Below, in pieces: positions 1 through 19,367 of a DNA stretch of 64,000 nt (positions within the stretch are counted from its first letter, which is position 1; every line of letters begins with the position of its first letter). The notes under the pieces are model-generated. The model did no database searches, was not told where the DNA came from, and saw only the letters and a list, made by a program, of their open reading frames with translations. The translations under genes were made by a program, and so were the position numbers. Source of the DNA: the human T2T-CHM13v2.0 reference genome, Homo sapiens; the NCBI RefSeq assembly GCF_009914755.1, contig NC_060926.1. One strand, written 5' to 3'.

Positions 1-1540
1 AGGCAGATTCTTCTGGGAGTTAAAGGCAATGAATTCCAGAAAATGTTTTTCAGATGTTTGGGGTTTAATGAAACACAGGATGTGCACTGCCAGGTAGCAC
101 CAATGTTCATTTTTAAGCTTTCCTTATGTTACCATATATTTGCCTAAAACACTGCCTTATGTTACTCTGCCTTTCAGTTTGCCTACATTTCTATGCAACA
201 TTCCTAAGACTCCAGACTTTTTAAAGCCCATTTAAAAAATAGCCACCAAGAATAGAAAGATTTTTTTTAAAAAGCCCTTAGGCAACTGCATTCAGGTAGG
301 AGCAAATAATTTAATTTGAAGCTCAGAAGTAATGAGGCTGATGGGAATTGCAAACATGGCCCAGTACTACATGCGTGAGAATCATTTACAAATGGCCTTC
401 TTGTATTAAAATAACCGTTTAGATATAAATGACATCTACAATATCCATTGTTTTCAGAGCCACATACTCTGGTTTATTGAGGTAAATAGCTGTTCATAAC
501 TCTGATCCCCTGAAAACCTCATTTTTCTGGAGGCTGATGGTTTTGAGTCAGCAGGCACTGTCTGGGTTTCTGTAGCAACCCTGGAGGCCACTGTCCCACA
601 CCTGCTTCAGACGGTCAGAAGACACTATTTCCTTAGCCCTTGATCTATCTGGAGTTCACCATTCACGATGTCATTTGTGTAACAAGAGGGAAAGCAGCAG
701 CACCACCCTGACCTTGGGAACATTTAAGAAGTCAGGAGAACTCCAGAGAAAGTGAGCCCACAAAAGCCATGTCCGTGTAAGGAGAATGTTTCCCAACACT
801 ATGTAGAATGGCCAAATGAGAATGAAGCCTCAAGTGGTTTATTTCATCCTCCACATTGTGTGTCTGGGAGAGGAAATCTCTGATAAAGGATGTAATCAAA
901 ATGAGTTCAAGTTGTTCGCTTTACCAAAAAGCCCTTCAACATTGCCGAGGCTAGAAGCATGTTGATTTACAACCACAGGGTTCATATTATTGCCTTTCTC
1001 CATCCTATATTTTAAGTTAATTAAATACTTATTGAGTCCATGAAACAACATCTACTAAGCCCTACACCAAGAATAGAAATAAATAACCAAATATAGTTCC
1101 TGCCCTCAAGTTTGCCATCTGGCTGAGAAAAGCAATCATAACTAGCTGATAGGGGCTGGGGGAATAAATGAGTACATGCCCCCAAATACGAAATAACACA
1201 GTACATGTTGACTCCTTTGGAGTGAAGGTAGACAACTATGTTTGTAATATGATTGAGATTGAGATCAAAATGCCTCCTGTCATCTAATTTTTTGGTAGTA
1301 TAACTTATGTCTCTCAGGAAAAATTATCATTGAGAAAATTATTCCCCAGTCCTACCAGGCCCTTCCAGAGAGCTGCAGTTTTACTCCTCTTCTTCATGTT
1401 TGTTGGGTACTTTGTTTAGATGAATGGTATACTGAGCTTTAAGAGGGACGTGACTTCTGTCAATTTTTCTTTTGTAATTCTATGTTACTAAGAACCCAAT
1501 GGCTATAAGACCTGATTTAAGTTTTTCCAAAGCTAAGGTA

Positions 1541-1737
1541 ACAGTTTTCAAAGCGTGCTTCAAGGGCCTCCTACATAAAAATTAATAGGATGCATGCTAA
1601 AATTTGATTTTCTGGGCTATGACATTCTGAAGACCTACTGACCTAAAATATCTGGTGAAACAGCCCAAGGATCTTAATTTTAATGAGTATCTCAGGTTAT
1701 TATTGAATTTCCACCACCAGTAGTTTGAGAACCACTG
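1541..1737. mobile_element. MER5A-like hAT-Charlie MITE
   Basis: Begins acagttttcaaagcgtg and ends agtttgagaaccactgg, the MER5-type terminal repeats; decayed. Confidence 0.65.
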
Positions 1738-1815
1738 GTTTAAGGGCTTTGCTGACTTTGGGGCATCCTCCTAACCCTATTCTTGATAACAAAATCTGTA
1801 AAGAATCATCCCTTC

Positions 1816-2137
<322 letters not shown>

Positions 2138-2429
2138 CTATTATAGAAATTCTTAATTCTGAGCTCTGGACCCATGGATTTCTACAGAATCCCTGGATGG
2201 GCTTCAAGATGTGCTTAAAGACTCCTGAATGTGTATGCAAAATGGTGAACAGGTGTATGTTTTCTCTGGGGTAAGAATCCATAGATATCTTCAGATTATC
2301 CAAGAGGTTTCAGGACATAGAACAGTTGACCCACTGCTTTGTGGGACTAATGCTATTAAACTCTAGGCTCCCGTTGCTGAAATTAGGTTTCATGGATACT
2401 AAGCAACCTCAGCAACAGAATTCTCAAGC

Positions 2430-3300
<871 letters not shown>

Positions 3301-3399
3301 CCGCAAGTTCTAGCCTCTACCTTACTGGACTGCTAATTCTGTAGGCCTAAGTTTCTGGGGATTCCTACCTCCAGTCTAATAGATTTCTTTCTTCATTTT

Positions 3400-3519
3400 T
3401 TTATTATTATACTTTAAGTTTTAGGGTACATGCGTACAATGTGCAGGTTAGTTACACATGTATACATGTGCCATGCTGGTGTGCTGCACCCATTAACTCG
3501 TCATTTAGCATTAGTTATA
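3400..3519 (-). mobile_element. Extremely 5'-truncated young L1 (L1PA2/3-like) 3' end, about 120 bp
   Basis: ttattatactttaagttttagggtaca... L1 terminus; TSD tctttcttcatttt at 3386-3399 and 3520-3533. Confidence 0.92.
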
Positions 3520-4121
3520 TCTTTCTTCATTTTGAAGCTCCATTTGCATCAAGGGCTTTTGGGCATGGCTCCTAAGTTTCTACATGCATCTCCATGGCCA
3601 CCTTATGCTGCACACATGCCCTGGGTGACAGTGTGTCAGGCCAACCTTAGCTCTGTTCCAGTTCCCAGACTACACAAGGTCACACCAGTCGCTCAGGGAC
3701 GTTAGGGCTCTCAGAGGCCTTTAATGATCATAGATACGATAGCACCCGACAGCTCTGCTGCTCAAAGGAGAACTGGGCAGGATCACATTTCAAATATTGC
3801 CTCTGTGTAATGTTCTGAGACCATTCAGAGCCCGGTTAAGAAAACACAGCGACGACTCTCCTCAGAGCTGGGGCTGTTGATTTTGTTAGGTGAGATCACT
3901 TGAGGAATATAAAATGCAAGAGAAAGAGTAGCAAAGAGGAAAAACAATAGATGAAAATATAGGGTCAAGCAAAAGTCACCAAGCAGGGGAGGAATTGCCA
4001 GACCACATCGTTCCGCTCAGCTTAAACCTAGGGTTTAAGAGCTAAAGGAATTAATCAATTTCTACTTGTTTCAATTTCCTTCCCAATTGTAAAATGTTTA
4101 CCTGCACGGTGGCTTTTAATT

Positions 4122-4214
4122 CAGAGAGAAAGAGAGAGAGCGAGCGAGCGAGAAAGAGAAAGAGAGCGAGCAAGACAGAGAGAGAGAGTGTGTGTGTGTA
4201 TGTGTGTGTGTGTA
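4122..4214. repeat. Compound (GA)n/(GAGC)n/(GT)n microsatellite
   Basis: Directly visible. Confidence 0.95.
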
Positions 4215-5030
4215 TAACAAAAGTTAAACTATGACTCTGTTTTAAAAGACAGTAGCCCATATTCTCCTGCTCAGCACACACACATAAAGGTTTTGTGATC
4301 AAAGCACACAACATTTGTATGTCTAACCATTGATTTATGCTGGGCTTTTAATATTATGCAAGACTTTTTCCTTCCTTTACTCACCACCGAGTGACTGTGC
4401 TGATTCAACATTTTATAGATGCATCAATTTTCCTTTAGAAGCTGTGCCGAGAACGTGTGACTCCCTGGGCCAGTTTCTCATTGAAATCAGATGACGCAGG
4501 AAGTATCATCCACATTTCAGTGATAGGCTGCCCCCTAGTGACAATTTTCAGCTACACAGTCAACCTACAAATTTACTGCTGCAAATACCGCAGAGGTTTC
4601 TTGACACAAAGGAGAAACATCCTCCGTTGCAGAGGATGTAAAATAATAGTGTAATTTAATCCCCAGCCTATTTTCTATACATTTCAGTGTTATTAAAGTT
4701 TTCTGCGATAACTCAATATATCTCTGTTTTCAAAATACAGTCATATGCTGCATAGTGACGTTTCAGTCAACGACGGATCACATATATTTAATACAAAGAT
4801 GGTCTCATACAATTACAATGGAGCTGAAAAATTCCTATCATCTAGTGGCATTGTAGCCATCATAACTTCATAGCACAATGCACTATTCACGTATTTGTGG
4901 TGGTGCTGGTGTAAACAAACCTACTTTGCCGCCAGTCATATAAAAGTGCACATATAATTATACAAACATGATACTTGATACAACTATATCATTGGTTTAT
5001 GTATTTGATATACTATACTCTATCATTATT

Positions 5031-5331
5031 TTTTAACTTTTTAAAATTTTTATTATTTTTATTAGAGACAGGGTCTTGCTTTGTCACCTAGGCTGGAGCG
5101 CAGTGGCATAATCATAGCTCACTGCAACCTCGAAATCCTAGGCTCAAACTATACACCTGCCTCAGCCTCCCAAGTAGCTAAGACTACAGGCACACCACCA
5201 TGACTGGCTTTTTTTGTGTGTGTAGAGACAAGTCTTGCTATGTTGCCCAGGCTGGTCTTGAACTTCTGGGCTCAAGGGATCCTCTCTCCTCTGTTTCCCA
5301 AAATGCTGGGATTACCGGTGTGAGTCACCAT
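5031..5331 (-). mobile_element. AluJ
   Basis: gagacagggtcttgctttgtcacc...atcatagctcactgc AluJ-type diagnostics. Confidence 0.9.
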
Positions 5332-5576
5332 TTATCAATATAATAGAGTGTTCTCCTTCTACTCATAAAACAAGTTAACTGTAAAATAACCTTCTAGTCC
5401 TTTCAGGAGGGATTCCAGAAAAAGGCATTTTATCATAGGAGATGCTTGTTATTGCCCCTGAAGACCTTCCAATGGGCCAAGATATGGAGGTGGAAGACAG
5501 TGATATTGATGATCCTGACCTTGTATAGCCCTAGACTAATGTGTGTTTATGTCTTAGTTTTTAACACAAAAGTTTA

Positions 5577-6023
<447 letters not shown>

Positions 6024-7042
6024 TTAAACAGTTTATAAAGGAAAAGAGTTATAGTAAGCTAAGGTTAATTTATTATTGAAAAAAGAAAACTATTTTGTTA
6101 TAAATCTAGTATCCCTACATATACTATTCAGCACACATAAAGTCTACAGTAGTAGACAGTAATGTCCTAGGCCTTCACATTCACTCGCCACTCACTCACT
6201 ACTCACTCACCCAGAGCAACTTCCAGTCCTGCAAGCTTCATTTATGGTACATGCCTTATACAGGTATACCACTTTTTATCTTTTACACCATATTTTTACT
6301 GTACATTTTCTAGGTTTAGGTATGTTTAGACACACAAACACTTAATATACAAATTGTGTAACAATTGCCTACAGTATTCAGTACAGTAACATGCTGGACT
6401 GGTTTGTGGCCTAGGAGCAATAGGTTGTGCCATATAGCCTAGGTGTGTAACAGACTACACCATCTATGCTTGTGTTAAGCACACTCTATGATGTTCACAC
6501 AATGACGAAATTGCCAAACAACACATCTCTTAGAACCCATCCCTGTCATTAAGCCATGCGTGACAGTCAATAAAAATATCTTCATGGAACTAAGTGAAAG
6601 ATGCTGATAACCAGTGCTCTCTGTAGTGAGCTGTGTGTGTCTTTCCATTTGCATTTATTTTATTTGGCTATTTTGTGGTATTTTTTTCTATCTAAGGTAA
6701 CTGCACAAAGTAAATCATTTTGCCTTATCAGCATTCTAAACACTTTGGTTTTCAATGTCTTTATTTTTAATAGAAGTTCAATATTTGTCCTCATGCAGAT
6801 CTATTAGATAATTCATATGAAGCATTTTGCATAGCACCTTGCATGGGAAGGCTTAGAAATAGTCATTGATACTATTGTTATAGGATTATCCATTTTAGAG
6901 AAAACTTATTTTAAATGTTAAACAAGAATACCATTAGTGATTTGTTTACAGGTTACTTCTACATTGTACAGAGGTGAAATAGTTTTCATGACAGAGTTAA
7001 ACAGTCTCTCCATAAAAAGTTAATATTTAGAAACTTGAAAAA

Positions 7043-7356
7043 AGCCAGGGGCAGTGGCTCATGCTTGTAATTCCAGCACTTTGGGAGGCTGAGACAGGCA
7101 GATGACTTGAAGCCAGGGGTTCAAGACCAGCCTGGCCAACATGGTGAAACCCTGTCTCTACTAAAAACACAAAAATTAGCCAGGCGTGGTGGCATGCATC
7201 TGTAATGCCAGCTACTCAGGTGGCTGAGGCATATACAATCTTTTGAACCTGGGAGGTGGAGGTTGCAGTGAGCAGAGACTGTGCCACTGCACTCCAGCCT
7301 GGGTGACAGAGTGAGACTCCATCTCAAAAAAAAAAAAAGGAAGAAAAAAGAAAAGA
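7043..7356 (+). mobile_element. AluS-like
   Basis: Dimeric Alu with A-rich tail; TSD aaacttgaaaa at 7031-7041 and 7357-7367. Confidence 0.95.
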
Positions 7357-7431
7357 AAACTTGAAAACAGTGGCAAATTTGTCTATTTCTGTTTTTTAAA
7401 AAATATTTAAATTATTTAATTATTTGTCTTT

Positions 7432-12112
<4,681 letters not shown>

Positions 12113-12113
<1 letters not shown>

Positions 12114-13138
12114 AAGATGGCCGAATAGGAACAGCTCCAGTCTGCAGCTCCCAGCCTGAGCGACGCAGAAGACGGGTAATTTCTGCATTTCCATCTGAGG
12201 TACCGGGTTCATCTCACTAGGGAGTGCCAGACAGTGGGCGCAGGACAGTGGGTGCAGCGTGCCATGCGCAAGCCAAAGCAGGGCAAGGCATTGCCTCACT
12301 CGGGAAGCACAAGGGGTCAGGGAGTTCCCTTTCCTGCTCAAGGAAAGGGGTGACAGACGTCACCTGGAAAATTGGGTCACTCCCACCCGAATACTGCGCT
12401 TTTCCGACAGGCTTAGGAAAGGGCGCACCAGGAGAATTATATCCCACACCTGGCTCGGAGGGTCCTACACCCACAGAGTCTCACTGATTGCTAGCACAAC
12501 AGTCTGAGATCAAACTGCAAGGCGGCAGCAAGGCTGGGGGAGGGTCGCCCGCCATTGCCCAGGCTCGCTTAGGTAAACAAAGCAGCCTGGAAGCTTGAAC
12601 TGGGTGGAGCCCACCACAGCTCAAGGAGGCCTGCCTGCCTCCGTAGGCTCCATCTCTGGGGGCAGGGCACAGACAAACAAAAAGACAGCAGTAACCTCTG
12701 CAGACTTAAATGTCCCTGTCTGACAGCTTTGAAGAGAGCAGTGTTTCTCCCAGCACGCAGCTGGAGATCTGAGAACGAGCAGACTGCCTCCTCAAGTGGG
12801 TCCCTGACCCCTGACCCCCGAGCAGCCTATCTGGGAGGCACCCCCCAGTACGGGCCGACTGACACCTCACACGGCCGGGTACTCCTCTGAGACAAAACTT
12901 CCAGAGGAACGATCAGACAGCAGCATTCGCGGTTCATGAAAATCCGCGGTTCTGCAGACACCGCTGCTGATACCCAGGCAAACAGGGTCTGGAGTGGACC
13001 TCTAGCAAACTCCAACAGACCTGCAGCTGAGGGTCCTGTCTGTTAAAAGGAAAACTAACAAACAGAAAGGACATCCACACCAAAAACCCATCTGTACATC
13101 ACCATCATCAAAGACGAAAAGTAGATAAAACCACAAAG
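12113..13138 (+). promoter_or_regulatory. L1 5'UTR internal sense and antisense promoter region, relatively CpG-rich
   Basis: YY1 motif caagatggcc and recognisable L1PA 5'UTR; promoter activity is inferred from family knowledge only. Confidence 0.6.
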
Positions 13139-13605
13139 ATGGGGAAAACACAGAGCAGAAAAACTGGAAACTCTAAAAAGCAGAGCGCTTCTCCTCCTCC
13201 AAAGGAATGCAGTTCCTCACCAGCAACAGAAGAAAGCTGGACGGAGAATGATTTTGACTAGTTGAGAGAAGAAGGCTTCAGATGATCAAACAGGAGGAAA
13301 TTCAAACCAAAGGCAAAGAAGTTGAAAACTTTGAAAAAAATTTAGACGAATGTATAACTAGAATAACCAATAAAGAGAAGTGCTTAAAGGGGCTGATGGA
13401 GCTGAAAGCCAAGGCTCGAGAACTACATGAAGAATGCATAAGCCTCAGGAGCCGATGCGATCAACTGGAAGACAGGGTATCCATGATGGAAGATGAAATG
13501 AAGCGAGAAGGGAAGTTTAGAGAAAAAAGAATAAAAAGAAATGAACAAAGCCTCCAAGAAATATGGGACTATGTGAAAAGACCAAATCTGCATCTGATTG
13601 GTGTA
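12113..13605 (+). mobile_element. Inverted 5' segment of the same L1 (complete 5'UTR plus 5' half of ORF1)
   Basis: caagatggccgaataggaacagctcc L1 5' end with YY1 site at 12113; ORF1 ATG at 13139 (early stop and small deletion); ends at ...WDYVKRPNLHLIGV next to the TSD. Confidence 0.97.
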
Positions 13606-13929
13606 TTTGTTTTTTATTTCTCCATCCTGTACCACTCCCATCCATCTAACATCAGTGGAAGGAATAGCATATTGTCTGAATTAGCCTTTTCGAAACTTGT
13701 AGGATTTCAAGGTATAAAATCAATGACTGTGAACAATTCTTATAACATCTGAGTGTTTGGAAACTCACTCCTCTCTGCTTCTCTTCTATTTAATTTTGTA
13801 CAGATGCCATCCAAGATTAAAATCAAAGGGTGCTCTTCACTTTATTTTGGTGGTTCTTCCATGGACTGAAAACTTTCTAGAACCAGAGTTCTCTTAGTTT
13901 CTCCTACTCAAGTACACTGATGAATACCC

Positions 13930-14130
13930 TCCATTTTGTAGGTAGCTAATTCTGAGGGCTAATTTGTGTGAAACACACAGTGCTGTGAGATAGACATGAG
14001 TATACTCTCTTTAGTGATAAGGTGACTTGGCTCAGAGAAGTCAGATCACTTTCCCAAGGGCAGACAGCTCATTAATAGCCATCAGAATTCAAACTGTGGC
14101 CAACTGAGACAAAGTCCCGTGCTCTTTCCC
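13930..14130. mobile_element. MIR fragment
   Basis: ggctcagagaagtcagatcactttcccaagggcagacagct core. Confidence 0.6.
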
Positions 14131-14657
14131 ATCAAGATGGCCCCACGACCTGCCTGTGGCGTGTTGTTCATTAAGTCTTAGAGACATAGGCTGTGTCATT
14201 CCCGTTTTAAGGGAGAATCTTACATCAAGAAAGAAAAAGCCAGGAAGTACATATAAAGGTCAGCATCTCCCTGTTCTAAATTAAGGAAAGCTATTCTCAT
14301 TGATCCTTGGAAGCATGAATGAGAGCTATCCCTGAGTCAGTGAGGACTGGCAATGCCTCTCTTCAGTGATTCTCTCTAAGGTTGTACTCTTCTTCCCAGC
14401 CATAAATAAGTTATGAAGGTAAAATTTCTCTACTTACCCGGAGACTTTGTAATAAAGGAAAAAGAAAGAGAATTCAGACAGACACTACATTATCAGAAAC
14501 AACAAACTGCCCCCTTGTGGAATTACTGTATCGTGGGAGCTCAAGAAAGCCACTCAAATGACAATTTCTATAAACTGTGATTCAGAATTGGGTTTGAAAT
14601 GTTATGGCTAAGGTAATATTAGCAATATTTTCTCCTTCATATTTTAAGCTGAGTGAG

Positions 14658-14702
14658 GTTGTTTTGTTTTGTTTTGTTTTGTTTTTGCCTTGTTTGTTTT
14701 TT
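14658..14702. repeat. (TTTTG)n simple repeat
   Basis: Directly visible. Confidence 0.85.
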
Positions 14703-14904
14703 GGCCCATTACTTACACTCTTAGGATGAATGACAATAAAAAGTTCTTTCTTTTGGAAGTTTTGAGATCTTTAATAGAATGTGTAATCTGCCTTTAAAAA
14801 ATCATGCCAAGGTGATCTGTAGTTATTTTTCCATTAAAAAAATCTAAATTTACTTATAAAAAGCAGCAGCTTGTGGTCAATTAAGTAATTATTCAGCTAA
14901 TATT

Positions 14905-15261
14905 CACTTGCCCTTTTTGGAGGAATATTCTTCCCTTCCCCGTTGTTGAGTTTAACCATGTGGTTTGCTATGGCCGGTGTAAGGTGGGTGGAAGCAAGTG
15001 TCCCAGTCCCAAGCCTAGGCCTTAAGCAGTGTCATATGTCTCTGCTCACCTCTCTTTTACCCCATCTTTGCCTCAAATAGCTACTGACCCAAGAAGTGCT
15101 ATGGTAGTTCTGCATCCAATCCACAGTTTTCAGTGAAGCCCAACTAAACACAGTTAGACTAGCGAAGCTCCAGCTGACAAGCAGAGGAATAAATGCTTGC
15201 ACCACTTAGTTTTGGGGTGGTTTGGAATGCAGCATTACTGTGGCAATAGTTGACTAATACA
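14905..15261 (+). mobile_element. MLT1-family MaLR LTR (old)
   Basis: aataaatgc...agttttggggtggtt...gcagcatta...ctaataca MLT1 3' end. Confidence 0.7.
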
Positions 15262-16788
15262 AAGACTAATAACACAGAGTGAAATTTACATCCTAGTCTA
15301 CATTGTGTAAACAACACATCTACCTCTCAAGTCTCAGGAAATCATAGATATGTGGTCAGCTTGGTCATGAAGACCACAGTGAAGAATGAGAAGTAAGCAA
15401 GACTGGTCCCTGACTTGCCAAAAGAGATACCCTATGGTCTGCACAGGAACACCTGCACACTTGATTCATAGGAGACACTTTCACAAAGAGTCTATTTACC
15501 ATTATTCTAACAAGCTTTGTTATGTAATTTTGCAGCCACTTTATAGTAGGCAGGGAGAAATTGCTAGAAGCAAACTTACTGATAACAAGGGAAAAATAAC
15601 TGTACCTGTGAGAGAGGAGACAAAAAAAACACAAAAAGACAACACAAGAATTTTAAATCGTAAGAATTTAAAATCAATTTCCCTGAATGTGTCAGTTTTC
15701 CAACCAGTAGCAAATAAGATAGGGAAGTTAATAATCAATTGGAAAAAATTACTTCAAGAATTGATTAAAACAGTAGTTCTTGGTGTTTATGGATTATAGT
15801 TCATTTTGAAAAACTTCTAAAAATAATGGATTCTCTCTTCAGAAACTTATATGTGAGAAAAACCCCACAAAATCTTCCATATAATTGTAGGCAGTTCAGA
15901 AACTCCCTAGAACTGATTCATAAACCCTGGGTTATAAACCACGAATTTAAAATAAAAATAGTCTTAGTTTCAGGAGGTATATAATTTAATTATCTGAATT
16001 TTTTTATTTTTATGAAACAGCTTATTCCTGTGAAACATGATTACAGATAGATGAGGTGTCCCAAAATTAATAAAGCTGTAAGAGGCGTTTCCTAATCGCC
16101 ACCCCATTACTGGCTAGCCTGGCCCTGGAGAGATTAATAATCTTTACATCTCCAAATACTCCATGATATCTTTTAATGGTACATTTCCACATCTCTCAAC
16201 TTTGTTCTTATGAACTTCGAGTTTATGAGAGCTTCATAATTCGATCATTCTTCTATACTGTTGTAATATTAGCTTCCGTGTCACTGGTTCATTGCTTGTT
16301 AGAAAAATGAAAGCCAAGCCATTGGAGCCATTTTCTTCTTTTTGCTGATAAAATAAGAAATTTATTTATTTATTGTCATACTTTAATTCCCTCTGTGAAA
16401 TATGAGGCATCCATCTTGCTTTTGCTTATGGAGACTCCTAATGTATGAATAGTTTTAAGTTTTTCATCTCAGATTCCTGAACATTTATTTCTACACCTTA
16501 TTCTTTCATCCAAAAAGAAGAAAAAAAGCCCCAAACTGACAGTCAACTGGTAGACCCTAGGATCAAATTTATAGATTTGGAAGACCAACATGGGATAAGG
16601 GCAACTATTCTTAATAAAATTACTGATATGGTGCCATTACCACTAGTACTAATACCTTATTACTAAATTCTCAAAATACTTTTGTATTTTAAGATAAATT
16701 ATGAGTAGGACATTTTTCCAAAAGCAAAGAGAAATAACATTTGTTATATGTCTACTATGCACTCCGCATTAAATTTGATCCCTTAAAA

Positions 16789-17123
16789 CAGTGGTCCTCA
16801 ATCTTTTTAGCACCCGGGACTGGTTTTTTGGAAGACAATTTTTCCACGGACTTGGGGGGAAGGGAGGGGAGAGAGTTTCGGGATGAAACTGTTCCACCTC
16901 AGATCACCAGGCATTAGTTAGATTCTCATAAGGACCATGCAACCTAGATCCCTCTCATGCCAGTCCACAATAGGGTTTGCGCTCCTATGAGAATCGAATG
17001 CTTCCACTGATTTGACAGGAGGCAGAGCTCAGGTGGCAATGCAGCTCACCTCCTGCTGTGCTGCTCAGTTCCTAACAGGCCACGGACTGGTACCAGTCTG
17101 CAGCCCTGGAGCTGGGGACCTCG
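16789..17123. mobile_element. MER1B-like hAT-Charlie MITE inserted in a MIR
   Basis: cagtggtcctcaatctttttagcacc...gctggggacctcg; perfect 8-bp TSD ccttaaaa at 16781-16788 and 17124-17131. Confidence 0.9.
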
Positions 17124-17362
17124 CCTTAAAACACTGAAATCCCCATAGTGCCTTCTGAGTTAAGAATTATTATCCCTGCTTTACAGATAATGAACCGGAA
17201 ATGAAAGAAATGAAGTGACTTGCCCAAGGTCACACTTTAAGTGACTGTGGGAAACTTAAACCCATGTCCCTCTCATTCCTGTTACATCATTTATTTTTTG
17301 AGAATAGAAGTGACAGGGAGGTTTGTGATAGCCTTTTTGAAAAAATCAAAAGGACGATTTTT

Positions 17363-17835
17363 TTTTTAATTATTATTATACTTTAAGTTTTAGGGTACAT
17401 GTGCACAATGTGCAGGTTAGTTACACATGTATACATGTGCCATGCTGGTGTGCTGCACCCATTAACTCGTCATTTAGCATTAGGTATATCTCCTAAAGGT
17501 ATCCCTCCCCCCTCCCCCCACCCCACAACAGTCCCCAGAGTGTGATGTTCCCCTTCTTGTGTCCATGTGTACTCATTGTTCAGTTCCCACCTATGAGTGA
17601 GAATATGCGGTGTTTGGTTTTTTGTTCTTGCAATAGTTTACTGAGAATGATGATTTCCAATTTCATCCATGTCCCTACAAAGGACATGAACTCATCATTT
17701 TTTATGGCTGCATAGTATTCCATGGTGTATATGTGCCACATTTTCTTAATCCAGTCTATCATTGTTGGACATTTGGGTTGGTTCCAAGTCTTCGCTATTG
17801 TGAATAGTGCCGCAATAAACATACGTGTGCATGTG
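17363..17835 (-). mobile_element. 5'-truncated young L1 (L1PA2/3-like), about 470 bp
   Basis: ORF2 C-terminus HRIFSLIGGN plus 3'UTR; perfect 16-bp TSD caaaaggacgattttt at 17347-17362 and 17836-17851. Confidence 0.96.
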
Positions 17836-18657
17836 CAAAAGGACGATTTTTGTAAAGGGATTTGAATTGCTCTTTGTAAGTCCAAAAGATGGGATTTATG
17901 TCAATGCATGAATATAATAGGAGGCAGATTTGGGTTCAATATTAGAATGTTGATGAGTGTGCCTGAGAGGGTAAATGCCCACCAAGCTCTGATATTAATG
18001 AAAACAAACCTACTCATACACAAAGCTGGGGGCCTGAGAGCTGACAGGACTCCCTTACAATGAGAACCTTCTCAGGACGCCTGCACCACAGCATAACAGA
18101 AGGAATAACAGGATTGCACCATGATGCTGGGCACAAGGGGCCTGAGGGAGCCTTGCAAATTCATCATGCCCCCCTAAAAACATGGGGAACAAACCAATGT
18201 CCTTCCCCAAGGCCATGTGTTTGAACATGCGAGGGCTGGAAAGACTGGGAACCTCCCAGTTAGAATGAAGAGGGCTCTGTGTGTCTAGGCTAGCAGTAAT
18301 CAGTGTGGTTCACAGACTCTCAAGGGTCACTGAGATCCTCTTGGGACATCCATGGGGTTGAAATTATTCTCATATTAATACTAAGATGCTGCTTGCCTTT
18401 TTCATGGTGCTGATATTTGCACTGATGATGCAAAAGGAACAGTGAGTTAAGCTGCTGGTACCTTAGCATGAGTCAAGGCAATGGCACGAAACTGTACTAG
18501 TTGTCATCGTATCCTTTATCACCACACATGCACGTTTAATTTAAAAAAAAAAGCCAGTTTCACTTAAGAAAGTCTTTGATAACACAGTACAAATTAAAAT
18601 TTTATTAAATCTCTTGAGCATGAGTATTTTTAATATCCCATGGGAGGAAATGGATAG

Positions 18658-19009
18658 TGATCTGGTTTGGCTGTGTCCCCACCCAAATCTCAACTTGAAT
18701 TGTATCTCCCAGACTTCCCACATATTGCGGAAGGACCCACGGGGAGGTAATCGAATCATGGGGGCCGGTCTTTCCTGTGCTAGTCTGGTGATGTGAATTA
18801 AGTCTCATGAGATCTGATGGGTTTATCAGGGGTTTCCACTTTTGCTTCTTCCTCATTATTCTCTTGCCGCTGCCATTGTAAGAAGTGCCTTTCACCTCCC
18901 GCCATGATTCTGATGCCTCCCTAGCCATTTGGAACTGTAAGTCCCATTAAACCTCTTTTTCTACCCAGTCTCTATGTCTTTGTCAGCAGCATGAAAACAG
19001 ACTAAAACA
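18658..19009 (+). mobile_element. THE1 solo LTR (THE1B/C-like)
   Basis: tgatctggtttggctgtgtcccc...actaaaaca, TG..CA ends; 5-bp TSD gatag. Confidence 0.93.
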
Positions 19010-19074
19010 GATAGTATGTATAAAGCACTTCTGCTGCATTTCGAAGTGCAATGGTTGTGTAGAGGAAATGCAGA

Positions 19075-19367
19075 GGATTGGGCCCAGTGGCTCAGAGCTG
19101 TAATCCCAACACTTTGGGAGGCCAAGGTGGGAAGATCACTTGAGGCCAGGAGTTTGAGGCCAGCCTGGGCAATGTAGCAAGACCTCATTTCTAAAAACAA
19201 ACAAAATAGCCAGGCATGGTAGTGCATGCCTATAGTTCTAACTAATCGGGAAGGTAAAGCAGGAGGAATGCTTGAGCTCAGGAGCTTGAGGCTGCAGTGA
19301 ACTATTTTTGCACCACTGCACTCCAGTCCAAGTGACAGAGCAAGACCCTGTCTCAAAAAAAAAAAAA
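19075..19367 (+). mobile_element. AluJ
   Basis: cttgaggccaggagtttgag, gaggctgcagtgaac, poly-A. Confidence 0.9.

Noticed and set aside
13282-13752. ORF1 coiled-coil ORF running into the flank (156 aa)
   Set aside because: The native ORF1 ATG at 13139 hits an early stop and a deletion; the ORF starts at an ATG created by CpG decay and its tail is random flank
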